32,000 nucleotides of DNA, taken from assembly GCA_000503875.1 (NCBI GenBank), contig CP006913.1:270001-302000 (forward strand), in the 5' to 3' direction. Both the position numbers and the translations under genes were made by a program. Under the pieces are notes generated by a model. The model worked only from the letters and a program-made list of their open reading frames with translations, did not search any database and was not told the DNA's origin. Origin of the DNA: Candidatus Saccharimonadota bacterium. Its GTDB lineage: Bacteria; Patescibacteriota; Gracilibacteria; Absconditabacterales; Absconditicoccaceae. Numbering within the stretch: position 1 is the first letter of the stretch; each line of letters begins with the position of its first letter. Positions 11,660-21,852 of this stretch are shown in pieces.

Positions 11660-12107
11660 GTCTCATCTTTTTTAGATGTAAATCAGCGGTAATTTTTTGT
11701 AATGACAAATAGGACTTTTCGATACTATCTATATCTCCTTGGAGTTTAATTTCTTTGATATCTCTTTCTAATTGTTCTTTCATTTTTTCTAGTTCTTGTA
11801 TATCAGATATAGGATTTGCAGTTGCTCCCGAGACAAAAACAATAAGATTCTCACCATCTACATAAAGAGATCAGTTGCCTATTGATAGATGAATTTCATC
11901 CTCTTTAAACAAAAAATCCGTACCTTCTATAAAAGTATTTCCTTGTTTATCTTTTGGTAAGAAACTCAAAATTCCTGGTTTCACGATACTTCCCAAAGGA
12001 ATATGATTTGGTAATACGGTAATTACTCCAGCTTCCGTAGGGATGGTCGTTTTTATTACCTCTCAGTGGAAAATTGTTTCTTGCGGTGAAATTAAAGTTA
12101 GCTGCAT
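11652..12107 (-). CDS. atpC: F1 ATP synthase epsilon subunit (151 aa)
   Basis: Hand translation reads 'MQLTLISPQETIFH[TGA]EVIKTTIPTEAGVITVLPNHIPLGSIVKPGILSF...HLSIGN[TGA]SLYVDGENLIVFVSGA...'. This matches the epsilon beta-sandwich plus helical tail. It is absent from the track because of TGA codons. Its 3' end overlaps the atpG start by 8 nt. Confidence 0.8.
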
Positions 12108-12129
12108 GTAGTATATATAAAACTAAAAT

Positions 12130-13638
12130 CTATTTCACTTCTATTTCTTCCACAACAATTGTAATTAATTCTTTGATTCACAATTCTATTTCGTCATCTA
12201 AAGATTGCTTCTTGATAATATTCTGATTTAATTTTTTGTGGGTTGTATCTAGTTTATTATATAAGTTTTTTTCAAATTCCAATATTTTATCCAACGGCAA
12301 GGTATCCATATATCAGTTGATACCAGCATATACTAATACTACTTGCTTATTGAATGGAATAGGGGAGTTATTGCTTTGTTTAAGCATTTCTACAAGCCTC
12401 TTTCCTTTTTCGATTTTATTTTGAGTTGAAATGTCTAGGTCTGAAGCGAATTGTGCGAAACTAGCCAACTCTCTAAAGGTTGCTAATTCTAGTCTAAGTT
12501 TACCAGCAATTTTTTTCATGATTTTGGTCTGGGCAGATCATCCTACACGAGAAACAGAGAGTCCTACATTGATTGCAGGTCTGATTCATGAGTTGAAAAG
12601 ATCAGTTTCTAAGAATATTTGTCCGTCTGTGATAGAAATTACATTGGTTGGAATATATGCGGAAACGTCAGAATCCAAAGTTTCAATAATAGGGAGAGCG
12701 GTCAAACTTCCTCCACCATGTTCATCGCTAAGTCTTGCAGCTCTTTCCAAAAGTTTGGAATGCAAGTAAAATACATCACCAGGATAGGCTTCTCTTCCAG
12801 GAGGTCTTCTCAAAAGGAGGGAAACTTCTCTATAAGCAACGGCATGTTTCGTCAAATCATCATAGATGATCAACGCATCTTTTCCATGTTCCATAAAATA
12901 TTCTCCTAAAGCACATCCTACGTAGGGAGCAATATATTGCAATACGGATGGTGCATTAGCCGGAGCATTAACAACGATGGTGTAATCCATAGCTCATTTC
13001 TCTTTGAGCATTTCTACGATTCTTCTTACTTTACTATCTTTTTGCCCAATCGCAACATAGATACAGATCACATCTTTTCCTTTTTGGTGGATGATAGTAT
13101 CCGTTGCAATAGTGGTTTTACCTGTTTGTCTATTTCAGATAATCAATTCTCTCTGTCCTCTTCCAATTGGCACCATGGTATCAATTGCTTTAATACCAGT
13201 TTCCAAAGGTGTATTTACTGATTTTCTAGCAATAACTCCAGGAGCAATTTTTTCAACGGGAGAAAATGCTGTTGGCGTGATTTTACCTTCATCATCTATA
13301 GGATTACCCAAGGCATCCAAGACTCTACCCAAATATTCTTCTCCTACTCAGACGTCCAAGACTTTTCCCATAGCTTTTACTACACTTCCTTGTCAGAGAC
13401 CTTCTTGGCTTCCCAATACGAGAATTCCGACAGTATCTGGAGAAAGATCGAGCACAAGCCCCTTAACTCCATTTTCAAATTCTACAATTTCAGAAAACAT
13501 CGCATTGTCCAAACCAATCACGGTTGCGACACCATCTTTCAATTCTAGGATTTCTCCTTTTTTGGAAAACTGTTGTTTGAGGTCTTTACCATCCAAGTCT
13601 TTTTCAATTTTTTTGAGAATATCCGATACGAGATCCAT
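12130..13638 (-). CDS. atpA: F1 ATP synthase alpha subunit (502 aa)
   Basis: Track ORFs 13393..13638, 13135..13332, 12586..12990 and 12313..12519 share one frame and are joined by TGA. It contains 'GRGQRELII[TGA]NRQTGKT' and '[28 protein letters not shown]'. Stop is TAG at 12130-12132. Confidence 0.95.
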
Positions 13639-13674
13639 AGGTAATTAAGATAATGATATAAATTTACTATAATA

Positions 13675-14133
13675 TTATTTCAATAAAATATCTAAATCTG
13701 AATCTAAATTTCTTTTGTATTGATAACCATTTCCTTTGATTGTTATCCCTAAGTGGAAACACTCATCATTTTGCAAACTATATGCTTTAAATTCTTTTTT
13801 GAGCACAGCATCTACTTTACTATGAATATCTTTTTGAGCAGAGAGAGGAGCTTGTACGGTAAATTGTATTTCTTTTTCTTGCTTTTGGAGTTCTTTGATC
13901 AAGATGTTCAAATGTTTTTTACTCCAAAACCCATATTTCCCCAAAAATGCAATAAAATCTCGCAATCCCTGATCATTAGTTTTGATACTATTTTTGTAGT
14001 CCGAAAGAAATATATTTCTATTATATTTTTTTACCAAGATATTCGCTATTTTTACATATTCAACAAAATGAGCGTCCTTTTGAAGACTTGGCAAATATTC
14101 TTGTATAAATGTTTTAAATGAGAGATTTGACAT
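13675..14133 (-). CDS. atpH: ATP synthase delta (OSCP) subunit, short form (152 aa)
   Basis: Intact ORF positioned between atpF and atpA. The C-terminal 'GITIKGNGYQYKRNLDSDLDILL' resembles the delta C-terminal motif. Confidence 0.65.
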   Translation of the reverse strand: MSNLSFKTFIQEYLPSLQKDAHFVEYVKIANILVKKYNRNIFLSDYKNSIKTNDQGLRDFIAFLGKYGFWSKKHLNILIKELQKQEKEIQFTVQAPLSAQKDIHSKVDAVLKKEFKAYSLQNDECFHLGITIKGNGYQYKRNLDSDLDILLK

Positions 14134-14141
14134 GAGGGATA

Positions 14142-14633
14142 TTATTTTTTTAAATCACTAATCAATGTATCCAGGTATTTATCTTGCAACTTTTCATCGC
14201 TTCACAAAATCTTTTTAACAAGCATTTTACTAGTTCTTTTTAAAGAATCAGTCCAATTATTGGTTAGTGATTCTTCAAGCTTTTTAGCTTCTTTCTCTGC
14301 TTGTAAAAGAATAGCTTTTGCTTTTTGTTCTCATTCTTTTAAAATAGTTTTACTATGTTCTTTGGCAAGAGTTTCTCCTTCATAAAGAATAGATTCAGAG
14401 TGTTTTTTTGCATGAGAGATGATATCTTCAGCTTCTATTTTTGCTTTATCCAAAATCTCTAGGTATTCAACATCAGCATTTTTTAATTTTTTTACCAAAT
14501 TTCTTCTTTCTTCGATGGAAGTAGATATAGTATCTCATAAAAATCTTTTAAAGATCCAAAAAAGCAATAGAAAATTGAAAATCTGAGCGATTACGGTAAA
14601 CAAATCTAATCCTATTGATTCTAGAAATGACAT
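14142..14633 (-). CDS. atpF: Fo ATP synthase b subunit (163 aa)
   Basis: Hand translation reads 'MSFLESIGLDLFTVIAQIFNFLLLFWIFKRFL[TGA]DTIS...', followed by a long charged helix. This is an N-terminal TM segment plus coiled-coil stalk. Position in the operon supports the call. Confidence 0.75.
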
Positions 14634-14660
14634 AATTTTTTCATAAAACAAAGATAAAAT

Positions 14661-15104
14661 TTATCAAAGTATCTTAAAAGCAACGATAAGTGCATAAATA
14701 GCTGATGATTCAACTAAGGCAACAAACAATACCATAAATGTCATTATTTTATTCTTTGCTTCAGGATTTCTTTGTAGGGCATCAATAGCGGCAGCAACAA
14801 CCCATCATTCTCATAATGATACAGGAAGTCCAGCAATACCCATTACAAGTCCTGCAGAAAGAGCACTTGCTACACTGATAGCAGATCCTAGATCAATAAT
14901 TTTGAACGCAATAATCAATCCATAGATGGCTGCAGATTCAACTAAGGCAATACCCAAAACAGTAAATACCATAAGTGATCAACTAAGTTCTGGATTTTTT
15001 CCAAGAGCTTCAACTGATTTTTTGGATACAACTGCGTGTCCTAAAGAAACTCAGATAGCACATAGTCATAGTGCAATAGCTGCTCATAATACATGTAGTT
15101 CCAT
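14661..15104 (-). CDS. atpE: Fo ATP synthase c subunit, tandem-duplicated (two hairpins fused, 147 aa)
   Basis: Single frame translated by hand. The first half is '...AIALGLCAIGVSLGHAVVSKKSVEALGKNPE...GIALVESAAIYGLIIAFKII'. The second half is '...SAGLVMGIAGLPVSLGEGWVVAAAIDALQRNPE...FVALVESSAIYALIVAFKIL'. Several glycines of the Gly-rich helix 1 are TGA-encoded. Stop is TAA at 14661-14663. Confidence 0.85.
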
Positions 15105-15131
15105 AATTCTATAATTATTATATAAAAGATA

Positions 15132-15944
15132 TTACTCTTGTACTATCTTAACAAAGATAGCGGTAAGAAGGGATATTACAAATGCTTGAACGACAGCAAC
15201 CAATAGTCATTGAACGAGAAGAATTATTGGCAGAAGGAATGGGAAATCTACTTTTGCTATAAGTTGTGATAATCAATTTGTACCAGCCACTAACATTCAC
15301 AAAAGAATAGTTCATGCTAACATATTTCCCCATAATCTATGTGAGAGAGAAATAAGCTTTGCTAGATTTCCAATAATATCCAATATTCAAATAAACAATG
15401 ATATGATTATGTCGAAAAGTTTTACAACAACCTTCATAGGATAGTAAACAAACGGATTCATAGTTCATTTTTCTACGTCAATAATTTTTTTACCCGTTAT
15501 AGGAATATATTCATGAACAAAATGAATGAATCAATGTTTCTTTGCTTGCATAAAAAGTACAAATACAACAGAGAATATTGCTAATGCAACGTCAAAGTTT
15601 TTATCACTAGTAGGTATTGTTATATAATGTTCTAGTGTAGGTCGAGCTAATGCAAATGAATCAACAAACAATCCCATGAAATTTGAAATGAATACAACAA
15701 AAAACAAACTGACTATGGTTGATTTTACTCGTTTCTTTTCATGTTCTCATAAAATTTCTTCAAAAACTTTATATATTTCTTCATAGAGAAGTTCAAAAAT
15801 AATACTGATTTTACTTTTTTTCTTAAAATGAAATAATGCGATAAAAATACCTATAATAAAAATTTCTGCCAGTACTCAAATGTAGCTTGACCTTATAATA
15901 AAATCAAATCAGAAGATATGTAACGTAGGTAATATATGTTCCAT
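15132..15944 (-). CDS. atpB: Fo ATP synthase a subunit (270 aa)
   Basis: Starts 'MEHILPTLHIF...' and contains 'SLSHRLWGNMLA[TGA]TILL...' with the conserved stator Arg motif. It ends '...LLVAVVQAFVISLLTAIFVKIVQE'. It is the first gene of the operon. Stop is TAA at 15132-15134. Confidence 0.85.
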
Positions 15945-16103
15945 TTAAAAACGTATTCATAAAAATAGGCTCAAAGTATATATTATTTTCTATCTTTATT
16001 TCAAGGCTTTTCATCTATTTTCTATCAATTTTTAGAAAAAACTAGTTTTTACTTTATTTTTCATTATTATCAAAAAGTTATATTTTAATTTCAATACAAT
16101 ATC

Positions 16104-16292
16104 ATGGATAAAAAAAATATATTAATTCTCGCAATAATTGTTATCAATATTCCTTTTTTTATAGGAGTGATGATGCTTATTGAGAAAGCTTTTGATAAAA
16201 GCAGAGAATCACAAAATAATTCTATAAAAATTGAAACAGGATCAAATCATACCGGTTTATTTTCGTCTTTTTCGTGAGAAATATTACCATAA
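16104..16292 (+). CDS. possible small membrane protein (62 aa)
   Basis: ATG..TAA with one in-frame TGA and an N-terminal hydrophobic helix ('ILILAIIVINIPFFIGVMMLI'). No homology recognised. Confidence 0.3.
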
Positions 16293-16297
16293 TTTAT

Positions 16298-17659
16298 ATG
16301 TCTTATGATATTATGAAAACGATTTTTCGATTTAGACAAGACCTGAGAATACAAGATAACCATTGACTAACTGTGGCTTTCAAGAATAGCGACCAGATTT
16401 TACCTATTTTTATTATAGATACAAAATTACTTCAAGAATTTCAATGATTACAAGATCCAAGACTTGGCTTTATCAAAGATGCTCTTCTCAATTTACAACA
16501 ACAATTACAAACAATCAATCTGAATCTTTTAGTTATGGTTGGCAATCCACAAGAGCTTATCCCTTCGCTTGTACGTGAGCATTCCATTGGGCAAGTTTAT
16601 ACAAATAAATCATATGATACCTACGGAATAGGGAGAGATTTAAGAGTGCGTCTGGCGCTCAGAGAAATGGGCGTGCACATGCACGTGGAAAATGATTATT
16701 TGCTGGTAGCGCCAGAAGTCTTGAAACCGTATCAGATCTTTTCTCCCTATTCCAAAGCTTGGGAAAAGGTTGTTATCTCAGACACCTACCAGTTACCTCG
16801 CGACAAAGTCGCCCTCCTTTTCCCAAGTCGCGACATTGCTCAACTCACTCAAAAATCACTTGATCAACTACCATCTTCTCATCCTTATCGAAAATTTCAA
16901 GATCCACTAAAAATACTCAAAAAGTTTGATTTCAAAAATTACGATGAAAAGAGAAATATGCTAGGAGCTGGCGGGACCAGTAAAATTTCTCCATATCTCA
17001 GATTCGGCGTTATCTCCTCCCGCCAGCTCTATCACTTCGCACATCAAGCAAACAATCAAACCTTTATCAAAGAACTGGCGCGAAGAGAATTTCGATATCA
17101 ACTTTCTTATCATTTTCCAGAAGTATTAGTACAATCCTTCCAGGCAAAAAGAAGAGGTATTCCGCGAGACAACGACAACAAACTCTTCGAGGCTTTTTGC
17201 CAAGGGAAAACCTGATATCCAATTATAGATGCCGCGATAACTCAACTCAAAACAGAAAACCGAATGCACGGCCGCGCCAGAATGATAGTCGCATCATTTC
17301 TAACTAAAGATCTCCTTATCGATCGAAAGCGATGAGAAGAATTTTTCAAAAAGCACTTGCTAGATTATGACCAAATAGTTAACATCGGAAACCGACAGCG
17401 ATCAGCTTCAGTTGGCGCAGACCCAAGACCACTGAGAATCTTTAGTCCGATTCTTCAAGCTCAAAGATTTGATCCTGAGGCAAAATATATCAAAAAATAT
17501 CTCCCAGAACTCAAAAATATCCCAGCAGAGCAGTTGCACGATCCACTCACATATTCATTGAAATATATTAAACCAATCATCGATCACAGACTAGCTACCA
17601 AAAGAGCCAAATCTGTTTATGATCAAGCCAAAAGTGAATATTATGAAGAAAATTATTAA
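16298..17659 (+). CDS. phr: deoxyribodipyrimidine photolyase (class I CPD photolyase/cryptochrome family, ~453 aa)
   Basis: Track ORFs 16535..17215 and 17357..17659 are in one frame, and the frame extends upstream to ATG at 16298 (alternative start ATG at 16313). Family motifs include 'F[CGA]FRQDLR', 'ELA[CGA]REF', 'TGYPIIDAA', 'N[CGA][20 protein letters not shown][CGA]K[CGA][TGA]EEFF' and 'GN[CGA]Q[CGA]SAS...[28 protein letters not shown]'. Confidence 0.9.
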
Positions 17660-17663
17660 GATA

Positions 17664-17691
17664 TTGACATTTAATAGATAATATTTATAAT
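17664..17691 (+). promoter_or_regulatory. sigma-70-like promoter (TTGACA, 16-nt spacer, TATAAT)
   Basis: TTGACA at 17664-17669 and TATAAT at 17686-17691, 32 nt upstream of the ATG at 17724. Confidence 0.5.
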
Positions 17692-17723
17692 TACAAAAAT
17701 TATTTATATTATTGATTTTTTGT

Positions 17724-19808
17724 ATGCAAAAAATTTTGCTTCAGAATTCTTATTTCAATATTTTGGAAATGCTTGATCAACAGCCATGATCAGAGCAAAT
17801 GCTCAATGCATTAATCCAATTAGAATCAGATATTAAAGCTGGAATTTTTGATATATTACAAAATTACCAAAAGCAAAACAAAGAAATGGAAAATACAAAA
17901 ACATACCAAGCAATACATGGAACAGTACTTGCATTAAGAAATACGTTGGAAGCTAGAATTATGCAAATAGCAACTGGCGATAAAGTAAGTATTCATGATT
18001 TATTGAATCAATGTATTATCAATCTCAATAAAATATTGGAAAATCAAGAAAATATTGAAGATATATTAAAAAATATGAAAATTTATTTTAGAAAAGTAGA
18101 AGAAACTATTCTTCCGCCAGATGAACAACAAGTTCAGACAGGTTCTTGAAATTGATGATTTGAAAAGAAAGAATGATGTAATAAATTTGGTTCATTAATA
18201 ACATTGCTTAGAAAAAATGAAATATATACAGATGATTTGTTTGTGATTACTTGAGTAAATCAATTAAATCAAATGAGAGAAGAAACATATCTTTATATTC
18301 ACATCCCAAGAATAAATAAAACAATTCTGATTAATAATGGTTATGGAGAAAAAACATTCATTTATGATGGCTATATAGAAGTAGAATATTTTTTGAATAC
18401 TACAAAAAAATGAATCAAACAAAATGAAAATATTGTTAGCGTGAATTTTGACTATGAAGACAGTGCAAATTGGGAAACTAAGATGAGATATTATTTGTTT
18501 GAAAAAGGAAAAGAAAATAAAGATGGATGATCGGTTTGAAAAAAAGTAAATATAAAAGATTTTTTAAGAGTGCCAGAATGATGGTATACGAATAAATCAT
18601 TGGCTACTAATTTGAGCGTTGCACCAAATACAATAAAAAATATAGTTAAACTATATAGAGAAACAAATCCAGAATATTTAAAAAAATATTTAGATAATCA
18701 CAGTAATCTACGAGAATATTATGCGCCAGAATTGTGTAAAATTATAGAAGAAGAAATAAAAAATAGGTGAGAAGAATCTCCAGAATGATGGTTTACAAAT
18801 AATGCTTTAGCTGAAAAATTGGAAAAAAACAAAGATGCTATAAAAAAAATAGCAAAAAAATATATCGTAACAAATCCTGAACGATTCAAGGAATATATAA
18901 ATAAATTATGAAGAATAAGAGAATATTATCATCCAGAATTGTGTAAAATTATAGAAGAAGAAATAGAAAATAGATGAGAAAAAGCTCCAGAGTGATGGAA
19001 AAACAATAATAAATTAGCTAGTGATTTATGAGTAGATTTTGATAGTGTGAAAAAAATAGCTGAAAGTTATAGATGAAATAGTCTAGATTGGTTTGTATAT
19101 TACTTAGATAATATAAACAACTTACGCGAATACTATGCACCAGAGTTATGTAAGATTGTAGAAGAAGAAATAGAAATAAAAAATAGATGAGAAAAAGCTC
19201 CAGAGTGATGGAAAAACAATAATAAATTAAGATTAGAATTGACGGAATCTTTTTATGTAGTAAAAGATATTGCAAATAAATATAGAGAAACAAATCTATT
19301 GTGGTTTAAACAATATCTAGATAATCATAATAATTTACGAGAATATTATCATCCAGAGTTATGTGAGATAATAAGAAAGGAAGCGAAGAATAGAGGAGAA
19401 AAGTCACCAAAGTGATGGGAAACAAATAAATGATTAGCCGACAAAATAGGAACATCAGAACAATCTATAAAATTGGTAATAGAAAAATATAGAGAAAAAA
19501 ACACAGAACGATTTAAAGAATATTTAGATAAAAATAATAGATTACGAGAACATTATCATCCAGAATTATGTAAAATAGTAAAAAAAGAAATAGAAAATAG
19601 ATGAGAAAAATCACCAAAATGACGAAACACAAATAAATGATTAGCAAAAGAAATTGGTGTAGATCCCCTTACTATAAAAGGACGTACCGAGAAATATAGA
19701 GAAACAAATCCAGAACGATTTAAGGACTATTTAGATAAGATGAATAGAAAGACAATTCATTATAGTCCAGAATTCTGTGAAATAATTAAAAAAGAACTCC
19801 AAAAATAA
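17724..19808 (+). CDS. large lineage-specific protein (694 aa): ~280-aa N-terminal region plus six tandem ~70-aa repeats
   Basis: Track ORF 17799..18149 is only a fragment. Hand translation from ATG 17724 runs through more than 30 in-frame TGA codons to TAA at 19806-19808. The repeat consensus is 'PEGW.TN..LA..L......IK.I..KYRETNPEWFK.YLD..NNLREYY.PELC.II..EI.NRGEK'. Confidence 0.7.
18570..19808 (+). repeat. six in-frame tandem coding repeats, period about 210-216 nt
   Basis: Example: 'aatagatgagaaaaagctccagagtgatggaaaaacaataataaatta' recurs near 18969 and 19182. The motif 'ccagaattgtgtaaaattatagaagaagaaata' also recurs. Confidence 0.8.
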
Positions 19809-19892
19809 TCAGATTTTAAAAAATATAATGAAAATGGTTTCCGAATTAGTATAGTGACATATGATGTTTCATTTTATGTCGCAGTTTTCCTT

Positions 19893-21638
19893 ATGCAATA
19901 CCTCAAAGTAACCAATCTTACCAAATCATATACGGACAAATCACTAGTTGATCATGTTGATTTTACGATTACCAAAAATCAGAAGATTGCTTTGATTGCC
20001 AAAAATGGAGCGGGGAAAACAACCTTGCTCAAATTATTGATGAAGGAAATCGATCTGACGGATGGGGAAATAGATTGGAGAGAAGATATAAAAATCTGAT
20101 ATTTATGACAAGAGTATAAACTCGACAAACACGTAACGGTTCGTGATTTTCTTTTTGATTTTGATACCAATGCGAATCGGGAACAAGAAGTTGAACTCAA
20201 TATTAGTGTGGATAAATTGAGAATCAAATCGTATCTTGGACAAACGATGGATACGTTATCATGAGGGGAAGCAAAGCGTGTGATGTTGGCGAAGGTGTTG
20301 GCGGGAAATCCTTCAATGTTGGTACTAGATGAGCCAACGAATCATCTTGATCTCGATATGATTGAATGGTTAGAACGATATCTCAAGAAACATCATATTA
20401 CCTTGTTTATGGTGACCCATGATAGATATTTTCTGGAAAGAGTATGTACCGATATTTGGGAGTTGGAAAGAGGAAAAATACATCAATATACAGGAAATTA
20501 TTCTTATTTTTTGGAGAAAAAAGCTATTCGCGAAGAAAACGAAAAAATAGAGATGCACAAACTTCACCAGTTGTTCAAAAAAGAGCTTGCCTGGATTCGT
20601 AGAGCTCCGCAGGGGAGACAAACCAAAGCCACCTTTAGAGAAAAAAGATTCTCCGATATCGAAGAAAAATTTGATACCAAGAGAGATGTTCGTTTTTCGG
20701 AAAGCGCAAAATTAGAACTCGGTGTAGAAGAAAGACGCTTATGAGGCAAAATATTGCATATCAAAAATATACAAAAATCTTTCGACACCAAAAAAATAGT
20801 CAATGATTTTTCTCACGAATGTAGACACGGTGAACGTATAGGAATTATCGGAAAAAACGGAGTCGGAAAATCAACATTTATAAATATGATTATGGGCCAA
20901 GAAACCTTGGACAAAGGAACTATTGAAGCAGGGGAGTCTGTGGTTTTTGGATATTACGAACAAAAACAAATCGATTTTCCAACAGACAAAAGACTTATAG
21001 ACATTGTTCCCGATCCAAAACTTCTCGAAAAATTTCTTTTTTTCCCCAAGCAACAACATCAATTTGCTCATAGCTTAAGCGGTGGAGAAAAAAGAAGATT
21101 ATATATGCTAGCTATCCTGCAAAAGAACCCAAACTTTTTAATTATGGATGAGCCAACCAACGATTTGGACTTAATAACTTTGGGAGTGTTAGAAGATTTT
21201 CTTTCCAATTACAAAGGCTGCTTGATCGTGGTTTCTCATGATAGATTTTTTATGGATAAAATTGTGGACCATATCTTCGTCTTCGAAGGCGAGGGCGTAA
21301 TCAATGACTTCCGATGAACCTATTCCCAGTACAAATCCGCCCAAGAAGAAAAGCTCAAAAAAGGCAAAAAAGAAAATAAACCGCTAGCAAAACAAGTTGA
21401 AGCCCCACTTTCCGACAAACCAAAGAAACTTTCGTATATGGAACAACGTGAACTTGATCAGTTGAGTAAAGATATTCAAACATTAGAAAAGAGAAAAGAT
21501 GAAATTCAGATTCTATTTAATGATCCAAATTGCCCTTTTGATGATATTAAGAAACTTGGAATCGAACTCAGTACCTTGATTAAACACCTCGAAATTAAAG
21601 AAGGAAGATGGTTTGAATTAATAGAAAGAGCTTGATAG
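19893..21638 (+). CDS. ABC-F family ATPase (two ABC domains, linker and C-terminal coiled coil; ~581 aa)
   Basis: Track ORFs 19854..20099, 20280..20744, 20754..21317 and 21438..21635 share one frame across TGA codons. Walker A motifs are 'AKNGAGKTT' and 'GKNGVGKST'. Signature motifs are 'LS[TGA]GE' and 'LSGGE'. It also has 'THDRYFL' and 'SHDRFFM'. Stop is TAG at 21636-21638. Confidence 0.85.
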
Positions 21639-21781
21639 AGAAAATAAAAGCATCTTGTTATCATTTATCCAATCTGTAAAAACTATTATAAATTGATCAA
21701 TAAAAAGAATAAATAAAAAAGAAAATCATCAACAACTAAACGTTAAATTCATAAAAGATATTGTTTTGATGATAGATGAAT

Positions 21782-21838
21782 TTTGTTTGTTTTTTATTGT
21801 AAAATAACTTAGTTTGTTTATTTTTTATTGCGAAATAA
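21782..21838. repeat. imperfect tandem duplication (~26 bp twice, period 31) upstream of engB
   Basis: 'tttgtttgttttttattgtaaaataa' compared with 'tttgtttattttttattgcgaaataa' gives 23/26 identical bases. Confidence 0.5.
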
Positions 21839-21852
21839 TAATATTATAAATC

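Noticed and set aside
12431-13648. Several plus-strand track ORFs of about 90-185 aa (e.g. 13091..13648, 12431..12769).
   Set aside because: They are antisense to atpA and are shadow ORFs typical of the opposite strand of a highly expressed gene. They show no motifs.
18570-19808. Regularly spaced repeats considered as a possible CRISPR array; the same question applied to 27868-28200.
   Set aside because: The repeats are long (about 210 nt and about 90-150 nt), degenerate and in frame with an ORF. They lack the short constant repeat plus unique spacer structure. No cas genes are nearby.
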